64,000 nt of DNA from Candidatus Hodarchaeaceae archaeon (GCA_030018135.1 JASEGJ010000003.1:7633-71632); one strand, 5' to 3'. Counted from the stretch's first letter, positions 28,329 through 37,712 are shown. Made by a program: numbers and translations. Notes: a model not told the origin generated them from the letters alone.

Positions 28329-29278
28329 AACCCGGCGGGGAGGTGTCAGCGAAAGTGCTCAGGAAAAAGAGCGTGAGCGTGCCCATGATAGCAGTCACCG
28401 GCGGAAAGGGCGGCACGGGCAAAACCACGGTTGCGGTGAATTTGGCCGTGGGGTTGAGTTTGAAAGGCTCTAAGGTCATGCTGGTCGATGCCGACGTTGA
28501 CTGCCCCTGTTGCGCGATGTTGCTCGGAACCGAACTGAATGCTAGCGAGGAAGTCAGAGTATTTAAGCCAGTGATCGATGCGGCGAAGTGCACTGGATGT
28601 GGAAGGTGTGTGGAAGTCTGTCGGGAACATGCATTGGTAGGGCTTGAGGGGCAAGTCCCATCACTTTTCGAAGAACTTTGCTCCGGGTGTAAAGCGTGTC
28701 AGCTCGTTTGCGAAGCCGGCGCCATGAAGAGCGGTCAGAAAGTTCTCGGTACCATCTACGTCGCAGATTCAAATGGGATTAAACTGGTGGTGGGCGAACT
28801 CAAACCGACCGAGCCGAGGTCGCCGATCGTGGCGCGCGCGACCATGCTCAAAGCCGCTGAGGAGCTTAAGCTTGACAAACACGATATCGTAATCGTGGAC
28901 ACCGCTCCGGGGATTCATAACGTGGTGGCTCAAGCCCTTTGGGAAGCCGACCTAGCGCTGGCTGTGACTGAGCCGACCCCACTCGGAGCTCACGATCTGG
29001 GATTCATGTTAGACCTCACCGAGGAACTGGGGTTGCCGACCGAGGTCATCCTGAACAAGGCCGACATCCCAAGCGGTTTGAAGGATAAGGTGGTGAAGAC
29101 GAGCCGTGATCGGGGAGTTAAAATCGTTGCGGAGATACCGATGGACGAAGAGCTGTTGCGCTCCTACGTTTCGGGTGAGCCGCTCGTGAGAAAATCACCC
29201 AAGAGCCCAGCTGCAGCTGCAATGTTAACTCTGGTTCCGCACATTCGTGAAATGTTTGTAAAGGGAGGTGAAACCTGA
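28325..29278 (+). CDS. Second MinD-type ATPase with ferredoxin insert (paralog of the previous gene)
   Basis: TGGKGGTGKTT; CTGCGRCVEVCREHAL plus a second Cys cluster. Overlaps the previous gene by 4 nt. Confidence 0.8.
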   Translation: MKPGGEVSAKVLRKKSVSVPMIAVTGGKGGTGKTTVAVNLAVGLSLKGSKVMLVDADVDCPCCAMLLGTELNASEEVRVFKPVIDAAKCTGCGRCVEVCREHALVGLEGQVPSLFEELCSGCKACQLVCEAGAMKSGQKVLGTIYVADSNGIKLVVGELKPTEPRSPIVARATMLKAAEELKLDKHDIVIVDTAPGIHNVVAQALWEADLALAVTEPTPLGAHDLGFMLDLTEELGLPTEVILNKADIPSGLKDKVVKTSRDRGVKIVAEIPMDEELLRSYVSGEPLVRKSPKSPAAAAMLTLVPHIREMFVKGGET

Positions 29279-29487
29279 TGGCGCAACCACCCACCCCACC
29301 ACCGCTGCCAACTAAAAAGTTTCAATGTTTTGCCTGCGGGAACATCATAGAGGTGCCTCAGGGGATACCCAAGCCACCAGCGTGCTCTAGGTGCGGCGCT
29401 CCGGCGGTAATGATTCATCGTGTTGACAAGGGGCCGCCGGGTGGAAGACGCGGCGCTGCGGGCCCACCTTGGGCTCAGCAAGGCTGA
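29278..29487 (+). CDS. Small zinc-ribbon protein (CxxC...CxxC), Pro-rich termini
   Basis: 69 aa. CFACG...CSRCG. Start overlaps the upstream stop (ATGA) with AGGGAGGTG SD. Confidence 0.45.
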   Translation: MAQPPTPPPLPTKKFQCFACGNIIEVPQGIPKPPACSRCGAPAVMIHRVDKGPPGGRRGAAGPPWAQQG

Positions 29488-29572
29488 TTTAGTTGGGCCG
29501 TGGAACCAAAATCACTGAAAGAAGGGATAGATGTTTACGGCAAGGAGAAACTACAAAAATTGGTGAATAAGA

Positions 29573-30421
29573 GTGAGGATCTATTTAGATTGCATCCCGT
29601 GCTTCGTGAGGCAGGCTTTGGAAGCGAGCAAGATGGCTACGAGGAACAAAAACAAACAAGAAAAAGTCTTGAAGAAAGTTTTATCTGAGATTGGGAAAAC
29701 TTCGTTAAAAAACAAGATACCATCTGATATTGCTCATAAAGTTCACCGCATAATCAGAAAAATGACAGGGAATAACGATCCTTACAAGAAATTGAAAGAC
29801 CAGTGCAACAGAAAAGCGCTGAGGATGTACCCGGACCTTAAACAAAAGGTCGCTGGGTCTAAAGATAGATTGCTGACGGCGACAAAACTCGCCATAGCTG
29901 GAAACATTATCGATTTTGGGCCCGGTTCTGAGTTCAATCTGGAGAAAACAATAGAGGAAGTTCTAGTTCAGGATTTCGCTATAAATCATTTTAATCGGCT
30001 TAGGGAAGCGTTGCAAAAATCTGAAAAGATTGTATATTTAGGAGACAATGCAGGTGAGATAGTTTTCGATCGGATTCTCTTGGAAGAATTGAAGGATAAA
30101 GAGATCACATTTGTGGTCAAAGGAGGGCCCATCATAAATGATGCAACGGTCGAAGATGCAAAATTCGCTGGCATAGACAAAATTGCTGAGATTAAAACAA
30201 TAAGCAATGGGGAGCCTGGCACGGGGCCGAAGAGAAATTCAAAGGAATTTACAAATTTCTTAAAAAGCGCCGATGTCGTGATTAGCAAAGGGCAGGGAAA
30301 CTATGAAGCCTTAAGCGAAGTGAACGCGAACATATTCTTCTTGCTCAAGGTGAAGTGCCCAACGATTGCTGGGGATATCGGAGTTAAAATTGGTGGTATC
30401 GTCGTAAAACAATCGTGTTAG
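29573..30421 (+). CDS. DUF89 family protein (ARMT1-like damage-control phosphatase / methyltransferase)
   Basis: N-terminal CIPCFVRQ and C-terminal ISKGQGNYE motifs. GTG start. Gene is markedly AT-rich. Confidence 0.65.
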   Translation: MRIYLDCIPCFVRQALEASKMATRNKNKQEKVLKKVLSEIGKTSLKNKIPSDIAHKVHRIIRKMTGNNDPYKKLKDQCNRKALRMYPDLKQKVAGSKDRLLTATKLAIAGNIIDFGPGSEFNLEKTIEEVLVQDFAINHFNRLREALQKSEKIVYLGDNAGEIVFDRILLEELKDKEITFVVKGGPIINDATVEDAKFAGIDKIAEIKTISNGEPGTGPKRNSKEFTNFLKSADVVISKGQGNYEALSEVNANIFFLLKVKCPTIAGDIGVKIGGIVVKQSC

Positions 30422-30728
30422 TTGGTTGAGGCGATCCCAAGATGTCGGAGACCAAGCTCGTGAGCGCCTGCCTTTTTGGGGTCAACTGTAGTACGACGGT
30501 CAAAACAACTTTAACGAGAAAGACAAATGCTTGAAGGTCAGGCGGCAGCGCTCCGGCAGCAATTGGATCAATCAAGAAGAGGCTTGAAGAGCTCAGCAAA
30601 ATGTAGGGCCCAATCGTCTTATCAATGAGTCCGACAACAGGGGTGAAAAAGTGCTACGATAAGTGTGTAGCCTCATCTTGAATCAGCTGGATACACATTT
30701 ATTTTGTGCAATCGCCAGAAAAAAATGA

Positions 30729-31586
30729 ATGGTGGGGCAAGTAGAAGAAAGGATGAAAGAAATACAGGAACAGGAAAGGCGCCTCAAAATACGGATGGCC
30801 AAAATCAAGTATAAACTGGCGATACTGAGTGGAAAGGGCGGGGTCGGCAAGAGTACCATCACCGCTAATTTAGCCATTGCTTTTGCACGCAAGGGTCACA
30901 AGGTGGGTGTTTTGGATGTTGATATTCACGGCCCGAGTATTCCCAAAATACTCGGCATGAGGGGGCAGGAGTTGACTGCAGGGCGGCTTGAAGGTGTGGG
31001 CATCTTTCCGGCCAAAGGTCCGCTCGACATCAAAGTCATCTCCATGGATTTCCTCCTCCCAGATGACGAAACCCCGGTTATTTGGCGCGGTCCGATGAAG
31101 ATGGGTGCGATCAGGCAATTTTTGGCGGATGTGGCGTGGGGTGACTTGGATTTTCTGTTTATTGATGTCCCGCCAGGAACTGGGGACGAGCCGCTCAGCT
31201 TGATGCAATTGTTGCCAGACATCACGGGTGTCATCGTAGTAACTGCACCATCCGAGGTTTCTCAGATCGTCGTCAAGAGAGCAGTAGGATTTACAAGGGA
31301 GCTGCACGTGCCGGTGGTTGGCATCGTAGAGAACATGAGTGGGTTCGTTTGTCCAAAATGTGGTGCAGAATTCGACATTTTAGGAACTAGTGGTGGGCAA
31401 AAAATATCAGAGCAACTTGGCATCCCATTTTTGGGCAAGATTCCAATCGATCAAAAGATATGTGAGGATTCAGACAGGGGAACGCCTTTCGTCATCGAGC
31501 GTGCTGAAACTCCGGCGGCTAAGGCCTTCATGCGAGTGGTTGATAAAGTGGAGGGGTATTTAAAACAACTGGGAGTGCGGGCTTGA
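30729..31586 (+). CDS. apbC: Mrp/NBP35/ApbC-family Fe-S cluster carrier ATPase
   Basis: ILSGKGGVGKST; CPKCG CxxC near C-terminus; WGDLDFLFIDVPPGTGDE. Confidence 0.85.
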   Translation: MVGQVEERMKEIQEQERRLKIRMAKIKYKLAILSGKGGVGKSTITANLAIAFARKGHKVGVLDVDIHGPSIPKILGMRGQELTAGRLEGVGIFPAKGPLDIKVISMDFLLPDDETPVIWRGPMKMGAIRQFLADVAWGDLDFLFIDVPPGTGDEPLSLMQLLPDITGVIVVTAPSEVSQIVVKRAVGFTRELHVPVVGIVENMSGFVCPKCGAEFDILGTSGGQKISEQLGIPFLGKIPIDQKICEDSDRGTPFVIERAETPAAKAFMRVVDKVEGYLKQLGVRA

Positions 31587-32341
31587 TCGTCGACGAGTTA
31601 TTGGGTCTGGTCGGGGAGCGGAGAAGCCAGCTAGAAGACCTGACGCTCTCGAGGGTATGCGTGAGCCTCTGCTATACCGCGGTGATGCTCGATAACGGCT
31701 ACGTTGGGCTCTGCCACACGCCTACCGAGGACATTGCACACACTCATTGGGGCCGCAGGCGGGACTTCCACGGCTTCAAGGCCTTGGAAATCACGCGCCT
31801 GGCGAATTCGCTTGACATGATTGAGAGGACCGTTGGCATAGCGGCATTGAACGCCCTCTCACAGTACCTGATGGACTCTGAAGGTTATGAGCGGCAGTTT
31901 GGAATGGACGCCTTTAATGCGATAGATGTAAAGGAGGAAGACAGCGCCGCGGTGGTTGGGTACATGAGGCCCCTAGTCGGGAAGCTGAGGGCAAAGGCCC
32001 GCGAAGTCCACGTTTTCGAACGCAACCCCCAATTGAGGGGGGATGCCCTGCCTGATACTTTTGTCGACTCGATATTGCCGAAAGCGGATATCGTGGTTAT
32101 AAGCGGGTCGAGTTTAGTCAATGGAACCCTTGATAGGTTGCTGGAGCTATCCAAAAGAACTAGATTCGTGATTTTTGCAGGGCCAACGGCCAGCACTTTA
32201 CCAGAGCCTCTTTTCAAGCGGGGTGTAAGCGTCGTGGCGGGCGTTCGCGCGAAAGGTCCTAAGGTGATGGGTGCAGTAGCCGAGGCCAAACCATTCGTGG
32301 CATTCAAACAGCTTGTGGAGAAGTATATTTTAAGGAGATGA
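31583..32341 (+). CDS. DUF4213/DUF364 protein (putative metal-chelating Rossmann-like domain)
   Basis: N-terminal VGLCHTPTED; C-terminal DIVVISGSSLVNGTLDRLLEL. Overlaps the apbC stop. Confidence 0.6.
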   Translation: MIVDELLGLVGERRSQLEDLTLSRVCVSLCYTAVMLDNGYVGLCHTPTEDIAHTHWGRRRDFHGFKALEITRLANSLDMIERTVGIAALNALSQYLMDSEGYERQFGMDAFNAIDVKEEDSAAVVGYMRPLVGKLRAKAREVHVFERNPQLRGDALPDTFVDSILPKADIVVISGSSLVNGTLDRLLELSKRTRFVIFAGPTASTLPEPLFKRGVSVVAGVRAKGPKVMGAVAEAKPFVAFKQLVEKYILRR

Positions 32342-32361
32342 AAACAGCCTAAGGGGTAAGA

Positions 32362-32970
32362 GTGAATCGGCTTAAGCACATCGCTGCAGAGCTCAAAGAG
32401 CATGCACCTTTCACCGCTTTTGGAGCGGGCGTAGGGATGGTTGTAATGGCTGTTGTGTGTCTAACCAAACCCGACCCAGAGGTCTCTCACCACACCTTCC
32501 ACGTCCTGCATCCCGCCCACATGCTACTGAGCTCGATCGTGACCGCCGCGATGTTCAGGCTGCATAGGAGGGGTGTCAGATCCTCGATAGTCGTCGGACT
32601 CGTGGGAGCAGCGGGAATATGCGCGATAAGTGACATATTGTTCCCCTACGTGGGAGGTACTTTGCTCGGGGCTAGGATGACTTTGCACGTGTGCCTCTTA
32701 AAGCACCCGTGGCTCGTGCTTATACCAGGAGTCGTTGGCGCGACAATTGGTGCCCTTACACGCCGCCCTACCAAGTGCCCGCACGCGGCGCACGTGCTAA
32801 TAAGCACCCTCGCATCGCTCTTCTACCTCATGGCGTTTGGGGTGGTGGATTGGCTCCCGGTGTTTCCGCTCGTATTCGTGGTACTGTTCATAGCGGTATG
32901 GATCCCATGTTGCACCAGTGATATCGTGTTTCCCCTCTTGTTCGTGAGGGAAGGGAGGCATCGGAGGTGA
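32362..32970 (+). CDS. His/Cys-containing polytopic membrane protein, unknown function
   Basis: 202 aa, ~6 predicted TM segments, several His residues (HHTFHVLHPAH). Confidence 0.4.
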   Translation: MNRLKHIAAELKEHAPFTAFGAGVGMVVMAVVCLTKPDPEVSHHTFHVLHPAHMLLSSIVTAAMFRLHRRGVRSSIVVGLVGAAGICAISDILFPYVGGTLLGARMTLHVCLLKHPWLVLIPGVVGATIGALTRRPTKCPHAAHVLISTLASLFYLMAFGVVDWLPVFPLVFVVLFIAVWIPCCTSDIVFPLLFVREGRHRR

Positions 32971-32974
32971 CCTC

Positions 32975-33370
32975 GTGGACGAATTGGATGAAATACGCAA
33001 GAGGGGGATGAAAGAGCTGATGCGGAAATATTTGGGGAAAAAGGAAGCGTTTGGCAAACCCATTCAGGTCACGGACGAAACATTCGACCGAGTCATCAAG
33101 GCCCATCCCGTAGTCGTGGTGGACTTCTGGGGTGAGTGGTGCCCGCCATGTCGCTTAATCGCGCCAATCATCGAGGAGCTCGCAAGGGATTACGCAGGAA
33201 AGGTGATATTCGGGAAGCTGAACGTCGATGAGAACAAAGCTACCGCGGTGAGGTATGGTATAACGGCGATCCCGACCTTACTGATTTTTAAGAACGGTAA
33301 GCTGGTCGACCAAGTGCTCGGCGCTGTGTCGAAGCGGCACTTGGAGGAAAAAATTAGAAAAACGATTTAA
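32975..33370 (+). CDS. Thioredoxin
   Basis: WCPPC active site (WGEWCPPCRLIAP). Confidence 0.85.
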   Translation: MDELDEIRKRGMKELMRKYLGKKEAFGKPIQVTDETFDRVIKAHPVVVVDFWGEWCPPCRLIAPIIEELARDYAGKVIFGKLNVDENKATAVRYGITAIPTLLIFKNGKLVDQVLGAVSKRHLEEKIRKTI

Positions 33371-33374
33371 AGCT

Positions 33375-33737
33375 CTAACTGAGTCCCTTCATCGCATCCA
33401 TCGCCACCTTCGTGTAGGCCAGCGCAGGACCACCGCCCATCACTATCGCCATGAAGCAAGCCTCGATTATTTCGTCCTTCGTCGCCCCCGCCTCTATCGC
33501 CTTCTTCACGTGGGTCGCTATGCACCAGTCGCATCCCCTGACGATCCCCGCGGCCAGCGCTATCAGCCGCTTCACCTTGGCGGAAAGGGCTCCCTCTTCA
33601 AAGGCGTGCCTCAGGAACACGTTGAACTGTCCTCCGACTTTCGGGGATATCCTCCCTAGCTCTTCGGCTGTTTCCGCCAGTTCCTTTACCAGCCTAACGG
33701 CTTCTCCTCCTTCCATCTCGATCACCCCCTTTAACAC
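33375..33737 (-). CDS. Carboxymuconolactone decarboxylase / AhpD-like family protein
   Basis: 120 aa. CDWCIATH CxxC...H motif of the AhpD-like fold. Confidence 0.7.
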   Translation of the reverse strand: MLKGVIEMEGGEAVRLVKELAETAEELGRISPKVGGQFNVFLRHAFEEGALSAKVKRLIALAAGIVRGCDWCIATHVKKAIEAGATKDEIIEACFMAIVMGGGPALAYTKVAMDAMKGLS

Positions 33738-33808
33738 CTATAGGCTACTGTTAAATCGTCAAATGAGTTCTTATTAACCTTTGAGAACGTCGGCGAAAAG
33801 GGGAAAAC

Positions 33809-34387
33809 ATGGTAAATTGTGTATCTTGCGTGGAAAAAGCGTGTTCAAGAGGGAACCCATGCCCAGTCGGCGAACCTTTGAAAAAATTTGCATTCAAATT
33901 CAAGGAATACCGCAAAGCGGGCAACTTGAAGCTCTATCAAAAATCCAGCTCGCTAGAAGTCGAAGGGTACATGAGATACCCCCGGGTGAAAGAACCCATC
34001 CGGCTGGCAGAGGGGATGGGCTGGAATAAACTGGGGATGGCCTTTTGCATAGGTCTTTCGGAGGAGGCGAAGAAGCTGCAGGAGGTACTGAAGTGCACGG
34101 TTTTGAAGTTCATTCGGTTGTGTGTAAAGTTGGTGGCGTTGAGAAGGAAAAATTCTCTTCCCGAAAGGAAAAGATCACGCATGCAATCCAATTCTCCAAG
34201 CGATGGTCCTCAACGAGGTTGGAACGGATTTGAACGTCATCGTGGGTCTTTGCATCGGCCACGACACCTGTTCCAGCGGTATTCGAAGGCTCCGACGACG
34301 ACGCTCATAGTCAAGGATCGAGTACTGGCTCACAATCCGGTCGGGGCCCTCTACTCGAGATACCACTTCAAAAAGTTGTTGCGGTAG
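33809..34387 (+). pseudogene. DUF1847-like Cys-rich protein gene apparently disrupted by three single-nucleotide frameshifts
   Basis: Cys-rich N-terminus MVNCVSCVEKACSRGNPC.. in frame A. Protein-like continuation [18 protein letters not shown] in frame B (about 34093-34180). [29 protein letters not shown] in frame C (about 34182-34265). Return to frame A for [29 protein letters not shown]. Frame A is junk-like between 34100 and 34265. Confidence 0.5.
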
Positions 34388-34393
34388 GAGAGG

Positions 34394-35182
34394 TTGAGCG
34401 ATAATTTCAGAGAGGTAATCTACGGCCCGGTTTTCTCTTGGCGGCTTGGCAGATCTCTGGGAGTAGACCCGATTTGCGCCGAGGGGAAAATCTGTTCATT
34501 CGATTGTGTGTATTGCTCTCTCGGTCGGACCGCGATGAAAACCGTCGACCGCAGAACCTTTGTCCCGGCGAAAACTGTGGAGCGAGCCCTTGGAGAAGCG
34601 CTGAAAAGTGTCAAGGCGGATGTCATAACTTTTTCTGGAACGGGTGAGCCGACACTCGCCAAAAACTTGGGTGAACTCATAGAGGTCGCTAAAGAATCCT
34701 CCGATCTCCCGGTCGCGGTTTTAACGAATTCCTCCCTCCAATTCAGGAAGGATGCGAGAAAAGAACTCGCAAAGGCGGACATCGTGAAAGGCAAACTGGA
34801 TGCTCAAAACGATGAACTTCTCAAACGGATAAATCGTCCGCACGAGAAAATTTCGTTCTCTGAAATCATAGCGGGTTTGAAAAAATTCCGAAAGGAGTTC
34901 ACCGGAAGGTTCGCGATAGAGGTGATGTTCGTCCCGGAAAACAAGGATTTTTCGGGCGAGATCGCGGAAATTGTGGAAACAATAGAGCCGGATGAGGTCC
35001 AGATTAACACCCCTCTCAGACCGAGTCCCGCAACACCGCTTACCCGAGAGGAGTTGGAGAAAGTCGAGAAAAGCTTTCGGGGTTTGAATTGCAGGTCCGT
35101 TTACAAAGCTAGAATCCCGGCAAGACGCTACCTAAAAGTCTTGGGAGCGGAAAAAATAAGACGGCTCAAACGAGTCGATTGA
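34394..35182 (+). CDS. Radical SAM protein (small, PflA/QueE-like core)
   Basis: CSFDCVYC CxxxCxxC motif; 262 aa. Confidence 0.7.
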   Translation: MSDNFREVIYGPVFSWRLGRSLGVDPICAEGKICSFDCVYCSLGRTAMKTVDRRTFVPAKTVERALGEALKSVKADVITFSGTGEPTLAKNLGELIEVAKESSDLPVAVLTNSSLQFRKDARKELAKADIVKGKLDAQNDELLKRINRPHEKISFSEIIAGLKKFRKEFTGRFAIEVMFVPENKDFSGEIAEIVETIEPDEVQINTPLRPSPATPLTREELEKVEKSFRGLNCRSVYKARIPARRYLKVLGAEKIRRLKRVD

Positions 35183-35489
35183 TTACTTGGGTTCGTTGGT
35201 GCCAAGAATAAAATCCGAGCCCCGCCTTTCTCTCCTCTTCCCGTCTCCCACTAGCAAAGAGTCGAACACCACTGATCGACAATTTTCTCCAAGCCTTCCC
35301 TTTCGTCGATATCAATGCCGCCACACGAGCCGCCTGGGCTTTACTCTGCACGAGGATCACGCCTGCCCTTTCGAGTTTTCTTCGTTGCACCGATAGGTTT
35401 TGCGGATCGCGGGGTGTGTCAAATCGAGGCGACAATGCTCAAGTGCCCCTTCTCTGCCCCCACGGCATGCTTTGCTTCACCGATCGCTT

Positions 35490-35802
35490 TTGCGAGTTCA
35501 TCCGCTGGGTTTTAAAGGCCTCTCGGATGGAGTGGCATGTGCTTTTGCTCGGGCCAAAACCTTCACGATCCTCGATGTAGGGGGCAGAAAGGTTCAGGTG
35601 AAAGTCATCGCCAACCGGCAATTTCTGCGAGCGCGGCCGCGGACGGGCGGTAGTTCAAATGCTTTCGGAGGAGGGCGTGGATGTTGCGATCGCGGGCGAG
35701 TTCGGCCCGGGGGCGGCGGCATTTCTCCAAAAGAATAGAATCGACACGGTCGTGGAAAAAGCCGGCACTAAGGTTGTCGACTTGCTGAGGGGCAAATATT
35801 GA
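35490..35802 (+). pseudogene. NifX-like (Nitro_FeMo-Co domain) gene with a +1 frameshift
   Basis: TTG start. Frame 0 reads MRVHPLGFKGLSDGVACAFARAKTFTILDVGGRKVQVKVIAN. Frame +1 reads ..GRAVVQMLSEEGVDVAIAGEFGPGAAAFLQKNRIDTVVEKAGTKVVDLLRGKY. Shift near 35620-35645; total length 313 nt. Confidence 0.45.
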
Positions 35803-35886
35803 AATACGATATCGCATAGTGCATTCCTCACGAGTTGGCTCTGAGGAGCTGGGCCTTCCATCAAACCTAGGTCTTAGGAGCACGGC

Positions 35887-36552
35887 CTACCATCGACTTT
35901 CTTTAACGAGTCGGTGGGCCATCCTCACGTGCATGTCCGCAGACTCCTCGACGACCGGCCCGTGGCCGGGAAGCAGCTTCTGCACCTCCAGTCTAGCCAA
36001 CCTCCGCAGCGATTTCAGCATTGCCGCCGCGTCGCCCGTCGGCAAATCAACGCGCCCGATGCCTTCACAGAAAACAGTGTCCCCCGAGAAGAGGAGCCGC
36101 TGCTTTGGCTCGTACAGGCATATGCTACCCAGCGTGTGGCCAGGAGTATGCAACACCTCGAGCTTGAGTTTACCGAGCTTAATGCGGTCGCCCTCGCGTA
36201 ACTCCCGCGCAACCTCCATTGGCCCCAACCTTCCACCGAAGCCTCCTGCTAGCGTGATAGTTTGATCCCCCTTCCGAAGCAGCTCCGCCTCGAGCTCATG
36301 GATCGACACCTCGCAGCCCGCAGCGACGAAATCCCGGTCGCCGCCAGCGTGATCGAAGTGGCAGTGGGTGTTGATGATGAGTTCGATGTCGCCCGGCTTC
36401 AGGTTAAAATCGGCCAGATTTCGTTTGACCGACTCGAAGTTCATGCCCGTGCCCGCGTCGATGAGCGCTACGGTCTCGTCGATGATCAAGTAGATATTCG
36501 AGTCGAATCCAAAACCACCTATACTGTGCACCTCTGCCAATTTCACCGCCAA
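35887..36552 (-). CDS. MBL-fold hydrolase (glyoxalase II / hydroxyacylglutathione hydrolase-like)
   Basis: INTHCHFDHAGG motif; 221 aa. Confidence 0.75.
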   Translation of the reverse strand: MAVKLAEVHSIGGFGFDSNIYLIIDETVALIDAGTGMNFESVKRNLADFNLKPGDIELIINTHCHFDHAGGDRDFVAAGCEVSIHELEAELLRKGDQTITLAGGFGGRLGPMEVARELREGDRIKLGKLKLEVLHTPGHTLGSICLYEPKQRLLFSGDTVFCEGIGRVDLPTGDAAAMLKSLRRLARLEVQKLLPGHGPVVEESADMHVRMAHRLVKESRW

Positions 36553-36567
36553 AATACGGATGGTGGG

Positions 36568-37659
36568 CTAAGTTATGACATTTTCTAGTCCAACCTCGCG
36601 AGCTATTTCGAGCGCCCTACCAAATTCATCGCTCGTCAGTCGCCTGTTCAGTTCCTCGAACTCATGGGCCCGATATTCTGGCCTGTACTGGTCCATCAAA
36701 TTCACACGAACCATTGAGCCCAAGTTCTCGGCTATCCATTCGAGCACCGGGCGGGTGCAGCATTCGATGTGGTTGGGAAGGACTAGATGGCGGACGATGA
36801 GCTCTGAGTCAGCAAAAGCGAGCCTATGATTGCGTGCAACGATTTTGAAAAAATTTGGCACCTTTGAATACTTGAGTGCACACTTATCGTCTGCATACTT
36901 AAAATCGGTTAAATAGACATCCTGCGTCCCGAAAAGCAGTTTCATTGCCTCGAGCGACATGTAGAAGTTAGAGTTCCAAACACTCGGTACGCTTACTTCA
37001 CACAGGTTAAGCGTCTCCAGGATCGTATGAAGGTGAGGAGTAGGGGAACCACCGACCCAGTTGACGTTTCTAGCCCCATCATGACGTTGGGCTTCGACGA
37101 GTCTGGCAAGCGTCCGAGGCGAGACTTCGACTCCCCCTCTTGGATCTTGGGAGATGTCATAGTTCTGGCAGAAGCAGCACTTGAAGGTGCAGCCGTTAAA
37201 AAAGATCGTGTAACTCGGCACAAGCTCCGGCTCTTCGCCCATGTGGATGAACTCCGATGCTATTCGCGACCGTTCACTCACCCCACAGACCCCAACTTTC
37301 CCCGCAGTTCGGTCGACCACACACCTGCGCTCGCAGAAGTGGCAAGATTTCAGGATTCGCCGGGCGAGTTCCACCTTTAAGTCGAGCAGCGAGGGCTCTG
37401 GTCGCTCGAGGTCCTCAAGCCTCGCCTTGCCCCCGTCGATGTGCGCGAGCAGCTTGCGGAACTCCCTCAGGCCGCGATCGTGCGCGCGCCACAGCTCCTC
37501 ATCGCCCGCCGAAAGGTCGACCTTGACCTCCGCACGCTTGCACACCAAGAAGCGCGCCGGGAGCTCGCCCCCCATGACCGCGAAGTAGCGGCCGAGCGAT
37601 TTCCGCGCCCGCTCGTCCTTGAGCACCGCCACCGCGTCCGGCCTCAAAACCCGCCACAT
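36568..37659 (-). CDS. Radical SAM protein, PflX/COG1313-like putative activase
   Basis: CTFKCCFCQN radical SAM motif plus an upstream Cys pair (CHFCERRC). Confidence 0.7.
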   Translation of the reverse strand: MWRVLRPDAVAVLKDERARKSLGRYFAVMGGELPARFLVCKRAEVKVDLSAGDEELWRAHDRGLREFRKLLAHIDGGKARLEDLERPEPSLLDLKVELARRILKSCHFCERRCVVDRTAGKVGVCGVSERSRIASEFIHMGEEPELVPSYTIFFNGCTFKCCFCQNYDISQDPRGGVEVSPRTLARLVEAQRHDGARNVNWVGGSPTPHLHTILETLNLCEVSVPSVWNSNFYMSLEAMKLLFGTQDVYLTDFKYADDKCALKYSKVPNFFKIVARNHRLAFADSELIVRHLVLPNHIECCTRPVLEWIAENLGSMVRVNLMDQYRPEYRAHEFEELNRRLTSDEFGRALEIAREVGLENVIT

Positions 37660-37712
37660 TTGCCAGCCCCATATATGTTTTTAAATCAGCCCCACAAAAG
37701 GGTTGTCGCATC

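Noticed and set aside
30422-30728. 307-bp intergenic region scanned for ncRNA, tRNA or a small ORF
   Set aside because: No tRNA-like structure. Only short unconvincing ORFs (for example MLEGQAAALRQQLDQSRRGLKSS). Probably promoter and leader for apbC.
37441-37712. Long N-terminal extension of the prs ORF from the track
   Set aside because: The extension runs antisense through the end of the PflX-like rSAM gene. The conserved Prs N-terminus begins at the ATG at 37713.
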